Source of the DNA: an uncultured Gemmatimonadales bacterium
GTDB lineage: Bacteria > Gemmatimonadota > Gemmatimonadetes > Longimicrobiales > RSA9
Direction: 5' to 3'
Length of the DNA stretch: 64,000 nt
Assembly (NCBI GenBank): GCA_963741945.1
Contig: CAVUKA010000005.1
Span: 96,001-160,000 of the forward strand
Shown: in pieces, positions 38,432 through 48,964 of the stretch
Layout: every line of letters starts with the position of its first letter
Numbering within the stretch: position 1 is the first letter of the stretch
Notes under the pieces: model-generated
Told to the model about the DNA's origin: nothing
The model's database searches: none
What the model saw: only the letters and a program-made list of their open reading frames with translations
Translations under genes and position numbers: made by a program

Positions 38432-39727
38432 TCACCCGCCCATGCGGATGGGGTGGTCCACCACTCTCGGCTCCAGCACCTCCCCCTCGGAGCGGGCCAC
38501 GAAGCTGGCGGCGGTGAGGTCGCCCGTGACGTTCACGGCCGTGCGCAGCATGTCCAGGATCCGGTCCACGCCCAGGATCAGGGCGATCCCCGCGGCCGCG
38601 TGGCCGCCGAGCCCCACGGAGTTCAGGACCAGGACCAGGATGATGATCCCCGCACTGGGCACGCCCGCCGCGCCGATGCTGGCGAGCGTGGCCGTGAGGA
38701 CGATCGTGAGCTGCTCGAGCGGCCCGAGCGACACCCCGTAGATCTGGGCGATGAACATGGTGGCCACGGCCTGGTACAGGGCGGTACCGTCCATGTTGAT
38801 GGTGGCGCCGAGCGGGAGGACGAAGCTGGCCACGGAGTTGGAGATGCCGAGGTCCTCCTCCGCCGTTTCCATGGTCACCGGGAGCGTCGCGTTCGAGCTG
38901 GACGTGGAAAATGCCACCACGGGCGCTTCGATGATGCGGCGGAAGAACGTGGCCGGGTTCATCTTCACGAGGAACCGGATGATCAGCCCGTACGTCCCGA
39001 ACGCGTGGAGGGCGAGGCCCGCCACCACGGTGAGCGTGTAAATGAAGAGGGAGCGCAGGAGGTCGAGCCCGAAGCGGGCGACGACGGAGGCGATCAGGGC
39101 GAACACCGCGTACGGCGCCAGCTTCATGATCCAGTCGATCAGGACCATGACGGCGTCGTTCACGCCTTCCGCCACCATGAGCACGGCTCTTCGCTTCTCC
39201 TCCTCGACCAGCGTTATGGCGGCGCCGAACAGGACGGTGAAGACGATGAGCGGCAGCAGGTCCATGTTCGCCGCCGCCTGCACCGGGTTGCGCGGGATCA
39301 TCTCCAGAAGCGTCTGCACCACGGGCGGCTTCTCCGCCGCCAGCTCCACGCTCTGGCCCGCCTGCGCCGCGTAGGCCTGCGACAGTTCGTCACGGGTGGC
39401 CGGGTCAATGCGGCCTCCGGGCCGCACCACGTTCGACAGCACGATCCCGATGGTCACGGCGACGGCCGTGGTGACCATGTAGTACGCCACCGTCTTCCCG
39501 CCGATCCGCCCCAGCTTCCGCAGGTCGCCCAGCGACGCCGTGCCAATGAGCAGACTGGCGGCCACCAGCGGGACCACCACCATGGTGATGAGCCGGATGA
39601 ACACGGTTCCGAGGGGCTCGATCGCGACCAGCGTCGCCTGGAGCCACTCGAGCCCCATCAGGTTCGCGATCATGCCCACAGCGACACCGAGGGCGAGACC
39701 GATGAGGATCTTGGTATAGAGCTGCAT
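38432..39727 (-). CDS. dicarboxylate/amino acid:cation symporter (GltP-like)
   Basis: FSTSSSNATLP, GATINMDGT, DMLRTAVNV. Confidence 0.95.
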   Translation of the reverse strand: MQLYTKILIGLALGVAVGMIANLMGLEWLQATLVAIEPLGTVFIRLITMVVVPLVAASLLIGTASLGDLRKLGRIGGKTVAYYMVTTAVAVTIGIVLSNVVRPGGRIDPATRDELSQAYAAQAGQSVELAAEKPPVVQTLLEMIPRNPVQAAANMDLLPLIVFTVLFGAAITLVEEEKRRAVLMVAEGVNDAVMVLIDWIMKLAPYAVFALIASVVARFGLDLLRSLFIYTLTVVAGLALHAFGTYGLIIRFLVKMNPATFFRRIIEAPVVAFSTSSSNATLPVTMETAEEDLGISNSVASFVLPLGATINMDGTALYQAVATMFIAQIYGVSLGPLEQLTIVLTATLASIGAAGVPSAGIIILVLVLNSVGLGGHAAAGIALILGVDRILDMLRTAVNVTGDLTAASFVARSEGEVLEPRVVDHPIRMGG

Positions 39728-39863
39728 AGCCGTTCTGCGCTGTTCTCCGGGGGTCCCGGCCCAGGGCGGCCGGAGGCAGCCGAAGTTAGCGGGCGACGGA
39801 GCACGGTGCTAGTTTTCGGCGCTCGTGAACGGCCTCGCCGCCGCCGCACCGACCCTGGAATCC

Positions 39864-40910
39864 ATGCCGTCACGCTCGAAATCCATCGCGCCGGCGCTTC
39901 TGCTCGCCGCCCTCCTGGCCGGGAGCGCGTGTGACCGCCCCGCCGCCGTGCGTACGACGAGGACCGCCCGGACCGCCGCCGCCCGCCCCGATTTCGGCCC
40001 GACGGCCGGCTACGACCGCGTCTTCGTCTTCCTGGGGCCCGGCACCGAGATGCCCGCCGCCGCCGTATTCGACTTCACCACGCTCTCCGACAGCAGCGGC
40101 GTCCGGCGGGGCGAGCGCGTGCGGGTGCTGGACGGTCGCGACTGGATCCCGCTCCTGGATGAAGGCTGGCGCGGAGACCCGCTGCGTGAGCCGTGGCGCA
40201 TCGTCCCCCACGGCTCGCTCAAGCTGATCGTGGGCGATGGCGGCGAGATCTCCGCGCTCGCCGTGGGCGGTGATCCGGACGTGCGCCTCGAGCCGGGCGC
40301 CACGCTGGCGGAGGACAGCCCGGGGGCGGGCACGCAGCTGCTCCTGAGACAGGCCACGCTCCGTGTGGACGGGGGAACGGTGGACGGTGTGGTGCTGGAC
40401 GCGCAGCTCGGCCGGCCGGTGCCGGAGGGGCTCGCTCGCGACCTCGCCCGCCTCGCCGCCCGTTCCGATTCCGCCACAGAGGCGGCCCTGAGCCAGGGCG
40501 GCCCATCGGCAGTTCCGGGCCCGGATGAGGACGGCACGGCCATCGCCTGGGCCGGCGCGCAGGCGTTCCTCCTGGACAACACCGGCTACTACGCCGTGTT
40601 CGTCGCGTCCGCGGACGGGGACGTGACCTGGATCCACGACGTGGACCACGACGATGTCCGGCGGAACGCGCGGCTGGAGCCGACGGCATGGGAGGACTTC
40701 CGCGCCGCGTCCGTCCAGTTCCCGACGGCATGGCGGGTGAGCGCGCCGGGCGAGGAGCTGGCGGGCGAGCTGCGCGCGGAAGCGGCGGACCACACCGTCC
40801 TGCGCGATCTGCCCGGGCTCTCTGCCCTCGGGTACGTCGTGGTGTCCGGCTGGATCGAGGACCGGGGATTGCGGCGCGGCGTTTTCGGTCTCGTGCGGCA
40901 GGTCCGGTGA
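39864..40910 (+). CDS. hypothetical lipoprotein
   Basis: AGSAC lipobox; coupled to the next gene. Confidence 0.7.
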   Translation: MPSRSKSIAPALLLAALLAGSACDRPAAVRTTRTARTAAARPDFGPTAGYDRVFVFLGPGTEMPAAAVFDFTTLSDSSGVRRGERVRVLDGRDWIPLLDEGWRGDPLREPWRIVPHGSLKLIVGDGGEISALAVGGDPDVRLEPGATLAEDSPGAGTQLLLRQATLRVDGGTVDGVVLDAQLGRPVPEGLARDLARLAARSDSATEAALSQGGPSAVPGPDEDGTAIAWAGAQAFLLDNTGYYAVFVASADGDVTWIHDVDHDDVRRNARLEPTAWEDFRAASVQFPTAWRVSAPGEELAGELRAEAADHTVLRDLPGLSALGYVVVSGWIEDRGLRRGVFGLVRQVR

Positions 40911-42475
40911 TCCTCTCGCCCGCCCTCCAGGCCACCGTCACGGTGGCGTTCGGCGCCCTCGCGGGCGGGATCACGAACAGCGTCGCCATCTGGATGCTGT
41001 TCCACCCGTACGACCCGCCGCGGCTCGGGCGATGGCGGCTCCGGCTGCTGCAGGGGGCCATTCCGAAGAACCGGGAGCGACTCGCGGCGGCCATGGGGCG
41101 GACCGTGGGCGAGCGCCTGCTCACCGGCGACGACCTGGCCCGCGCGCTGGCCGAGCCCGCATTCCGTGAGACGTTCGAAGAGCGCCTCGACCACTTCCTC
41201 CGCGACCTGCTCGAGCAGGAGCGCCCTTCGCTGGCGGAGCTGTTCCCGGCCCGGGCGCTCGACGAGCTCCGGCCGCTGCTGGACGACGTGGTGGACTCCG
41301 GGCTGGGTCGCCTCGACGACTACCTCGAAAGCGAGGCGTTCGTGGAAGCGGCGCGGCGCTGGAGCGCGCGGCTCATGGGCGAAGTGCGGGACCGGCCCAT
41401 CGCCGAGCTGCTCACGGTGGAGCGGGAGGAGGCGCTCACGGAGATGGCGCACCGGTTCATCCGGGAAGCCGTGGGTGGCGCCGGCTTCGAGCTGGCCGTG
41501 CACGATTACCTGGACCGCGCGGCCGTCCGGCTGCTGGCTCCCGGGCGCACGTTCGAAGCGCTCCTCCCCACCGGACTGGTCGCGGCGGTGGAGAAGGCCA
41601 TCGCGGGCTACCTGCCGCTGGCCATCGAGCGGCTGGCCGGGCTGCTGGACGACCCGGACGCCCGCGAGAAGCTGAGGGCGGTGCTGCACCGCCTGCTGGA
41701 GCGCTTCCTCCAGGACCTGAACTTCTACAAGCGCGTGGTGGCCGCGCTCATCATCCCGCCCGACACCGTGGACCGGGTGATCCGGGCCATGGAGTCCGAG
41801 GGCGCCGCCAACCTGTCCGAGCTCCTGCACGAGCCCGCCGTGCGGGACGCCATGGCGCGCAGCGTCAATGACGCCATCGTGGATCTCCTCCGTCGCCCGG
41901 TGGCGGAAGTGCTGGGGCGCCCGGGCGATCCGACGGTGGAGCAGGCGAAGGAGACGGTGGGCGGCTGGGTTCTCGGCGTCGCCCGGGACCCGCAGACGGG
42001 GGAGTTCCTGGTCGAGAAGCTGCGCTCCACGCTGGGCGCCGCGGAGCAGCGCACGTGGGGCGACCTGCTCGGGCGGCTGCCACCGGAGCGGGTGGCGGAC
42101 ACAGTGGTGTCCGCTGCGCGAAGCGAGGAAGCGGCGGCGCTCTACCGCGAAGTGGCCGAGCGCGGAGTGGAGCTGCTGCTGAGCCGGCCGATCGGGCGGC
42201 CGGCGGACCTGCTGGGGGAGGACGCGGCGGACCGGGTCGGCGGCGCGCTCCAGGACCCGCTCTGGAAGTGGCTGCAGGAGCAGGTGCCCGCCGTGGCGCA
42301 GCGGATCGATGTGGCGGGCAAGGTCGAGCAGAAGATCCTGGACTACCCCATGCGGAAAGTGGAGGAGCTGGTCCGGGGCGTGACCCAGCGGGAGCTGCAG
42401 CTGATCGTGTACCTGGGCTACGTCCTCGGCGCCATCATCGGAGTCAGCCTCGTGGTGGTCCAGGCGTTCACGTGA
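40907..42475 (+). CDS. DUF445-family membrane protein
   Basis: GGITNSVAIWMLFHP, QGAIPK, ELQLIVYLGYVLG. Confidence 0.88.
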   Translation: MILSPALQATVTVAFGALAGGITNSVAIWMLFHPYDPPRLGRWRLRLLQGAIPKNRERLAAAMGRTVGERLLTGDDLARALAEPAFRETFEERLDHFLRDLLEQERPSLAELFPARALDELRPLLDDVVDSGLGRLDDYLESEAFVEAARRWSARLMGEVRDRPIAELLTVEREEALTEMAHRFIREAVGGAGFELAVHDYLDRAAVRLLAPGRTFEALLPTGLVAAVEKAIAGYLPLAIERLAGLLDDPDAREKLRAVLHRLLERFLQDLNFYKRVVAALIIPPDTVDRVIRAMESEGAANLSELLHEPAVRDAMARSVNDAIVDLLRRPVAEVLGRPGDPTVEQAKETVGGWVLGVARDPQTGEFLVEKLRSTLGAAEQRTWGDLLGRLPPERVADTVVSAARSEEAAALYREVAERGVELLLSRPIGRPADLLGEDAADRVGGALQDPLWKWLQEQVPAVAQRIDVAGKVEQKILDYPMRKVEELVRGVTQRELQLIVYLGYVLGAIIGVSLVVVQAFT

Positions 42476-42992
42476 GGCGCCTGCCTTCGAACGCCTCGAT
42501 CCGCGCCCGGGTCTCCGGGTCGAGAGGCTTGGACCGGCCGCGGTCGTAGTCGAACATCACCTGCGTGCTCCGCCCCGAGACCAGCGCCAGCCCGTCCCCG
42601 TCCCACAGGCCATACTCCATCTCCCAACTCGAGCGGCCGAGCCGCACCACGCGGGCTCCCGCCCGCAGCCTGGAAGGGAACCGGATCCGCTCATGGAAGC
42701 GGAGCGTGAACGCCCCCATGACGTAGTCGATCGCTTCCACAGTCTCGCGACCGGCCACCTCGCGCCAGTACCGCGCCCGGGCTTCCTCCCAGTACATGAG
42801 CGGGAGGGAGTGGTGCACGTGGCCCATGGGGTCCAGGTCGCGGAAGCGGACCTCCACGTCATGGTGGAACCGGAAGTCGGAGGGCGAGGCGACGCCGGGC
42901 GAAGCGGCCGCGCCGGCGCCCGACCGCGCGCCGGCCACCGCGGGATCGGGGTCCGCCCGGCTCACCGGCGCCGCTCGCTCGGACGCTCCCAC
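42468..42992 (-). CDS. acyl-CoA thioesterase (4HBT/hotdog fold)
   Basis: VRFRDLDPMGHV, EEAR, GRSS; start uncertain. Confidence 0.85.
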   Translation of the reverse strand: MGASERAAPVSRADPDPAVAGARSGAGAAASPGVASPSDFRFHHDVEVRFRDLDPMGHVHHSLPLMYWEEARARYWREVAGRETVEAIDYVMGAFTLRFHERIRFPSRLRAGARVVRLGRSSWEMEYGLWDGDGLALVSGRSTQVMFDYDRGRSKPLDPETRARIEAFEGRRLT

Positions 42993-43147
42993 TGCCGGAG
43001 CAGGTCCAGCGGCGTGAACCTGCTCTTCCGCCGCCGCTTCATCCCGCCCGGCAGCACCCGGTCCTTTCGGCCCGGCAGACCGGGGAACCCGAGTCCGATG
43101 TAGAAACCCACGAGCAGGGCGACGACCATCCCGAAGATCTGCAGCAT
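42962..43147 (-). CDS. small membrane protein (61 aa)
   Basis: GGAAGGAG RBS, N-terminal TM helix, basic tail. Confidence 0.65.
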   Translation of the reverse strand: MLQIFGMVVALLVGFYIGLGFPGLPGRKDRVLPGGMKRRRKSRFTPLDLLRQWERPSERRR

Positions 43148-43184
43148 CAACCTTCTCCTTCCGCGATCGGTGCGGCGCTCCATC

Positions 43185-44018
43185 TCAATTCTGGCGAACG
43201 GTCTCCAGCCCGGCCAGGGCGGTCACGAGCCGCCGGTGCAGGCCGGGCGTGGACGCCACGATCCCTTCGTGCTCCGGACGCGGCTGGTTGAAACCGAGCC
43301 GCCGACCCCGGATGTCGGTGACCACGCCGCCAGCCTCCTCCACCACCAGGGCACCGCCGGCCACGTCCCACTCGCTCTTCGGGCCGCGGCTGAGGAACGC
43401 ATCGCCGAACCCGGCCGCCACACCCATCAGCTTGTACGCGGTGCTCCCCACCTGCCGCAGGCGCCACTCGCCCGCGAACGGCTCGAACTCGCCGCGCCGG
43501 AGCTCGCTGCGCGACACGAGCAGCGTCGGCGTGCGCCCCGGGTCCGGGTCGCGCACCCGCAGCGGCTCGCCCTGCCACGCGCCCGTCCATGGCCGGGCTC
43601 GCCAGGCGCCCGCGTCCGCCACCGCCCAGAAGAGGTCCCGCTGCGCCGGGTTGTACACCACGCCAATGACCACACGCCCGTCCTCCACCAGCCCCACCGA
43701 CACCGCGAACTCGCGGTACCCCGCGATGAACGAGCGGGTCCCATCGATCGGGTCCACCACCCATACACGAGGCTTCCGCGACCGGTCCGGATCCGCTTCC
43801 GACTCCTCCGACAGCCAGCCGTACTCCGGCCGCTCCCCACGGAGCCGCTCGCCGAGCAGCCGGTCCGCCCTCAGGTCCGCGTCCGTCACCGGCTGACCGG
43901 GGCCCTTCATCCGTACCTCGCCGGGCGACCGGAAGCTCTCCATCACCGCTTCGCCCGCTTCCGTCGCCGCCGCCAGCGCCAGCGCCAGGTCCGCCGACAG
44001 GTCAGCTCCCGGGCTCAT
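43185..44018 (-). CDS. inositol monophosphatase / CysQ-family phosphatase
   Basis: TDAD, SEE, WVVDPIDGT, EWDVAGG. Confidence 0.92.
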   Translation of the reverse strand: MSPGADLSADLALALAAATEAGEAVMESFRSPGEVRMKGPGQPVTDADLRADRLLGERLRGERPEYGWLSEESEADPDRSRKPRVWVVDPIDGTRSFIAGYREFAVSVGLVEDGRVVIGVVYNPAQRDLFWAVADAGAWRARPWTGAWQGEPLRVRDPDPGRTPTLLVSRSELRRGEFEPFAGEWRLRQVGSTAYKLMGVAAGFGDAFLSRGPKSEWDVAGGALVVEEAGGVVTDIRGRRLGFNQPRPEHEGIVASTPGLHRRLVTALAGLETVRQN

Positions 44019-44394
44019 CGATCACCAGCTCCGGCTGACGGTGGCAGCCGTAGCACTCCAGCGCCTGGGGATTCCGGATCCGGGACCCCGGCTTCACTTC
44101 CAGCGCGCCGCCACAGCGCGGGCACGACCCTTCGAACTCCGTCACGTAGTACTCACCCACCCAGTATTTCCGGGCGAAGTAGACGCCGGCGGCCAGCGAG
44201 AGCAGCGGCCACAGGAAGTGCGGCGGGATGAAGAACACCACCGGCATGAGCAGGATGGAAACCACCAGGATCCCCACCGCCCTCGCGATCCGGGCGGGAC
44301 GCGGCTGGAAGATCACTTCCACGGAAGCCGGGGCCGTCCCCGAGCCCGGGAGGTGGAGGTGGGCGGGCGGGCGGACACGTTCCGTCGTCGCCAT
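44002..44394 (-). CDS. membrane protein with C-terminal zinc ribbon
   Basis: Two TM helices; CPRC...CYGC. Confidence 0.75.
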   Translation of the reverse strand: MATTERVRPPAHLHLPGSGTAPASVEVIFQPRPARIARAVGILVVSILLMPVVFFIPPHFLWPLLSLAAGVYFARKYWVGEYYVTEFEGSCPRCGGALEVKPGSRIRNPQALECYGCHRQPELVIDEPGS

Positions 44395-44398
44395 GCCC

Positions 44399-46132
44399 CT
44401 ATACCTCCACTTCCGCCACGCGCCGGACCGCCGCCCGCAGCGGGAGGACGATGGCCGCCAGCGAGATGGCCGCGGCGCCGGTGAGCCCGGCAACCAGCCA
44501 GACCATCGTGCTGCTGCCGAGCGGGACGCCATCCAGTCGGGCCCGCAGCACCGCATGGACCGGCCACGCTTCCAGCACGATCACCGCCGCCATGTAGCCG
44601 GTCGCGGTCATCATGAACATGAGACCGCCGAAGCCGGTGGGGATGTCGGCGGCGTTCGCCGTGTCGAAGCGAGGGAACAGGGCGCCGAAGCCGATGGCCA
44701 GGGCGCCGATCGCGAAGGTCATGACCACGATGGTCACGAGCGAGAGCGTCATCATGAACGGGCTCACCTTCAGAATGTGGTTCGTGCCCGCGGTCAATCC
44801 GAGGGCGAGGGCCAGGAGCGGGATCATGTTGACCCAGTACCGGCTCCAGATCAGGCTCCGCAGCGCGAGCGGCGACGACCGGAGGAGCCACAGCGTCCGT
44901 CCCTCCAGGCTGACTGCGGGGAACAGAAATCGTGCCGCAATGGCCGCGAGGACGAACCCGGCGAGACCGAGATTGAGGAAGCTCACGACATTCACCAGGA
45001 AGAAGCCGACCTCCACGCCGGAGAAGAGCGGCAGGACCTTGATGTTGTAGACGTACACCACCACCAGCACGGCCAGCAGGATCAGCTGGGACCACTGGGT
45101 GGTGTCGCGGAAGAAGGTCCGGATCTCCTTGCCGACCAGCGCCCGCGCCGACGGCGAGAGTGGGCGCAGTGCCAGCGCGAGGAGCGGCCATTCCCGACGC
45201 TCCACTTCCCGCAGCGCCGCACCCTCCTGGGCCCGGCTGAAGCCGTCCGCGAAGAAGCGGCCGTGCAGCCAGGCGCCCATGACGACGAACGCGGCGGCCG
45301 TGCTCACCAGAAGGAAGAGCGGGAACCAGTCCGCCGCGCCCGCGCGCAACGGCGCCATGATGACCTGCGCGGCCCACTCACTGGGGAGCCACGTCCCTGC
45401 GGGCGTGCGCAGTGCGGCGATGAAGTCAACCAGGCTGTTGAATCCTTCCGGGCTCATGATCTGCTCGGGGCGCAGCAGCCGGAAGAACAGCACCACACCG
45501 GCGGCGGCGAACAGGGCCAGGAGGGCCAGGAGGTCCCGGGCCCGGCGGGCCGGGAAGATGTTGACCAGGAGGAGCGTGATGGCGCTCCCCGCCACGGCCG
45601 GGATGATGAAGAACGCGGCGAGGGCGAGGACGGCCACGCCTACGAAGAGGACTCCACCGTGATAGGCGACGCCGTACGCGGCGAGGATGGGGACCATCAT
45701 CAGGCCGACCATCCAGGACGAGTAGGTGAGCGTCTCCAGCAGGCGGGCGCCATAGACGCGGAGCGGGTCGGCGGGCGAAGCCATGAGGAGCTCCAGGTCG
45801 CTGGCCAGGAAGAACGTGGAAAGCGCAGCGATCACGTTGGACAGGAGCAGCATGGCCATGAACGAGAGCAGCACCAGCGCCAGCAGCTTCACCGCCAGCA
45901 CTTCGCCGATCCCCTCTGCCGCGCGGAAGTAGCGTAGCAGCCGGAAGAGGACGCCGAACATGAGGAGCCAGAACAGCAGCCCCGTGGCTCCGAGCACCAC
46001 GGTCCGCACGGGCCGCCCTCCCTCTTCCCGGCGGCGGCGGAGGGCCACGATCTTCGGGCGCACGATCCCGAACACGCCCGGCAGCCGCGCCTCACTCCAG
46101 CGCGCCGGCGGGGGTGAGGCGATGGGCTTCAC
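44399..46132 (-). CDS. putative ABC exporter permease
   Basis: About 12 TM helices, KEIRTFFRD, SLEG; coupled to the ABC ATPase. Confidence 0.85.
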   Translation of the reverse strand: MKPIASPPPARWSEARLPGVFGIVRPKIVALRRRREEGGRPVRTVVLGATGLLFWLLMFGVLFRLLRYFRAAEGIGEVLAVKLLALVLLSFMAMLLLSNVIAALSTFFLASDLELLMASPADPLRVYGARLLETLTYSSWMVGLMMVPILAAYGVAYHGGVLFVGVAVLALAAFFIIPAVAGSAITLLLVNIFPARRARDLLALLALFAAAGVVLFFRLLRPEQIMSPEGFNSLVDFIAALRTPAGTWLPSEWAAQVIMAPLRAGAADWFPLFLLVSTAAAFVVMGAWLHGRFFADGFSRAQEGAALREVERREWPLLALALRPLSPSARALVGKEIRTFFRDTTQWSQLILLAVLVVVYVYNIKVLPLFSGVEVGFFLVNVVSFLNLGLAGFVLAAIAARFLFPAVSLEGRTLWLLRSSPLALRSLIWSRYWVNMIPLLALALGLTAGTNHILKVSPFMMTLSLVTIVVMTFAIGALAIGFGALFPRFDTANAADIPTGFGGLMFMMTATGYMAAVIVLEAWPVHAVLRARLDGVPLGSSTMVWLVAGLTGAAAISLAAIVLPLRAAVRRVAEVEV

Positions 46133-46899
46133 CTCTCCGCCACGGCGCGGAGCGACGCGATCAGCTCCGCCATCTCCTCGCCGCCGGTAAGCTTCAGGAA
46201 GACCTCCTCCAGCCCGGCCGCCCCCGCTTCCGCCTCCGCCCGCAGCTCCGCCATGGTCCCCTGCGCGCGGATCCCACCATCCTGCAGGATGGCGATGCGG
46301 TCGCACAGCGCCTCCGCCACTTCCAGCGTGTGAGTGGAGAGGAAGACGGTCCCGCCCTGCCGCACGAACGACCGGAGCAGCTCCTTGATCATGCGCGCGG
46401 CCCTCGGGTCGAGCCCGACCATGGGCTCATCCACGACGATCACGCGCGGGCCATGCACCAGTGCCGAGCTGATGAGGAGCTTCTGCCGCATGCCGTGACT
46501 GTAGCTTTCGATCAGTGTGTCCTTCCAGCGCGTGAGCTCGAACACCGACAACAGCTCCTCCGCCCGCCGCTCCGACTCCCGGCCGTCCTGGCCCCACAGA
46601 CCGCTCACGAACCGGAGGAACTCCGCGCCCGTGAGCTTCTCGTACAGGAACGGCCGGTCGGGGATGTAGCCCAGCAGCGACTTCGCCGCCGCCGGCTCCC
46701 TCGCCACGTCGTGCCCGCCGATCAGCACGCGGCCCGCGCTGGGCCTGAGCACGCCGGTGAGCATCCGGATCGTCGTCGTCTTCCCCGCCCCGTTCGGCCC
46801 GAGGAAGCCGAACAGCTCGCCCGCGGGGACGTGCACGTCCAGCGGGCGGACGGCGGTGAACGCGCCATAGCGCTTGCTCAGCCCTTCCAGCCGGATCAT
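46129..46899 (-). CDS. ABC transporter ATP-binding protein
   Basis: GPNGAGKTT, YSHGMRQK, DEPMVGLD. Confidence 0.95.
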   Translation of the reverse strand: MIRLEGLSKRYGAFTAVRPLDVHVPAGELFGFLGPNGAGKTTTIRMLTGVLRPSAGRVLIGGHDVAREPAAAKSLLGYIPDRPFLYEKLTGAEFLRFVSGLWGQDGRESERRAEELLSVFELTRWKDTLIESYSHGMRQKLLISSALVHGPRVIVVDEPMVGLDPRAARMIKELLRSFVRQGGTVFLSTHTLEVAEALCDRIAILQDGGIRAQGTMAELRAEAEAGAAGLEEVFLKLTGGEEMAELIASLRAVAER

Positions 46900-48443
46900 T
46901 GTCGCGTTCCCAGGATGTCCAGGTCCAGGCGCCCGATCAGCCGGATCAGCTCCACCTGCCGGGCCAGTCCGCCCACCAGGAACCGGATGTGGGACGCATC
47001 GGCCGGCACCTGTCCGAGCGTCGGGTCCACGGCCACCCACCCGTCCAGCCACACTTCCGGCCACGCGTGGTAGTAGAACCGATCACCCACGTGCACCAGC
47101 CCCACGGCCGTCCGGGCTGGCAGCCCCAGAGACCGCGCCATGGCCACGTACAGAACCGTATGCTCGTTGCAGTCGCCCCGCCGCGCTTCCAGCACCTGCG
47201 TGGCGCTCGGGATGCTGAGCGTGACGTCCTTCCGCAGGTAGCCGTGCACCCACTCCGCCAGGCGGCGCGCCGCTTCCGCCGGGTCCGTCGAGCCCCGCAC
47301 CGCCCGCACCGCCGCTGCCCTGATCGCCGGGTCGTCCACCTGGATCAGCGGCGTGGCTTCCAGCTCCGACGCCGGCTCCCCACCGCCGGTGTACGGCAGG
47401 GTGTAGTCGGCGCGCATCGCCGCGGCGGGCTCGCGCTCCACCGTCAGCGTGTCCCCCCGCAGCGTCTGGCGTCCGCCGTCGAGGTCGAATCCGGTCAGGT
47501 CCACGTTGCGCAGGCGGACCACCATCCGCTCGAGCCGCCCTTCTGCACCGCGCAGCGCAACGTTGGAGGCAATGGCCGTGTTCTCGATCACCGCGCCGTA
47601 GCCGGCCGACGCGGACGGGGACGCCATCTCCTCGGTCCAGCGCTGCCGGGCGAGCTCGTACGGAGCGCGCTCCAGCGTGAAGCCCATGGGGCTCTCGGCC
47701 TTGACCAGCCTGCCATCCCCGTCCAGCCAGCTGCGCACACTCACACCGCCGTACGTCTCCTCCACCACCCAGACGGGGACGGTATCCAGCCGGGCCGGGG
47801 CCCACCGACCCCCTGGTTCCACGGCGGCAACGGAGTCCACTACCTCGAGCATGTCGCGGCCTACCACTTTCAGGAGCACGCCGCGTGAGGAGAGGGCGGA
47901 CGGGTCCAGCACGCGGGCCGAGTACTCCGTGCCCACCTCCAGCCGCCCCCCCGCCGCGATCCGCAGCGGCAGCGCCACGGGCAGTGTGAGACCGCGCTCG
48001 AGGGCGATGGACGTCTCCTGGGCGCCCGCGCCCGTATCCAGCCGGAGCGCGAGCGTGGAGTCCGGCCTCGCCTCACCCGTCACGTGGAAATCCCCGATCT
48101 CCGATTGCAGGCGGAAATCGAAGTCGCGCAGCTCGAGGGCACGGCCCAGATGGGCGCGGGTGCGCACCACGGCCGGATGGACGGTGTCCAGGGCGGGGAC
48201 GTTCAGGCGCAGGAGGTCCTCGAACAGGAAGCCGTCCGGGACGGTGTCCAGGCGAGAGGACGCCAGACCGATCACCCGCCCGGCCATGGACACCGCGTAG
48301 AAATACGTTCCCGGCGCCAGCGCTCGCGCGCCCTGGGCCAGGACCACGGCTTCGGGACGGAAATACTCACGGCGGACGTGGAGCCCGATGGCTCCCATCC
48401 ATACCGCCAGCACGGCGGCGCCCACCGGGACCCGCCACCTCAC
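46896..48443 (-). CDS. membrane-anchored transglutaminase-like protein
   Basis: N-terminal TM; Cys-His-Asp triad in GDCNEH, YHAWPE and WVAVDPT. Confidence 0.88.
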   Translation of the reverse strand: MRWRVPVGAAVLAVWMGAIGLHVRREYFRPEAVVLAQGARALAPGTYFYAVSMAGRVIGLASSRLDTVPDGFLFEDLLRLNVPALDTVHPAVVRTRAHLGRALELRDFDFRLQSEIGDFHVTGEARPDSTLALRLDTGAGAQETSIALERGLTLPVALPLRIAAGGRLEVGTEYSARVLDPSALSSRGVLLKVVGRDMLEVVDSVAAVEPGGRWAPARLDTVPVWVVEETYGGVSVRSWLDGDGRLVKAESPMGFTLERAPYELARQRWTEEMASPSASAGYGAVIENTAIASNVALRGAEGRLERMVVRLRNVDLTGFDLDGGRQTLRGDTLTVEREPAAAMRADYTLPYTGGGEPASELEATPLIQVDDPAIRAAAVRAVRGSTDPAEAARRLAEWVHGYLRKDVTLSIPSATQVLEARRGDCNEHTVLYVAMARSLGLPARTAVGLVHVGDRFYYHAWPEVWLDGWVAVDPTLGQVPADASHIRFLVGGLARQVELIRLIGRLDLDILGTRQ

Positions 48444-48964
48444 GTGCCGGTCCCTGCCCGCTCCCCGGCGTGACGCGCCACGGCCGCGCCGAACGCTTCC
48501 CGCTGATACGCGTCCTCCACGACCAGGATGACCGTGGAGGGATGGGCGCTGTTCCGCAGGTGCTCCACCAGGACGGGGAGCATGGCATCCGCGGACTCTT
48601 CGGCATCGAGATTGCCCGCCCCGACGCCGAGCGGCGTCACGGCGACCGTTTCGATCCCCCACTGCTGCAGCCGCCGCAGCCCGTTCAGGAGGCCCCGCTG
48701 TACGGCGGTGCGGGACGGGTTCTCCTCCGCCGAACGGACCGCCACGTGGACGATGTAGTCGGCCTGGAGATCGCCGGCCTGCGTGATGACGGCCGAGCCC
48801 ACGGGGATCTCGCCCAGCCTCGCGCACTGCGCCGCGACCTGCGGGCCGGCGACCTGGTCGAAGCGCCGCATGGCCGGGGTCACGGCGGAGAAGTCGGCGG
48901 AAACGGGACGCAGCACCGCCTCGGCCGCGACCTCCGTCAGCTCCGCGACGCGAACTTCGATCAT
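48440..48964 (-). CDS. macro domain protein (divergent)
   Basis: GSAVITQAGDL, YIVHVA, PLGVGAG. Confidence 0.82.
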   Translation of the reverse strand: MIEVRVAELTEVAAEAVLRPVSADFSAVTPAMRRFDQVAGPQVAAQCARLGEIPVGSAVITQAGDLQADYIVHVAVRSAEENPSRTAVQRGLLNGLRRLQQWGIETVAVTPLGVGAGNLDAEESADAMLPVLVEHLRNSAHPSTVILVVEDAYQREAFGAAVARHAGERAGTGT

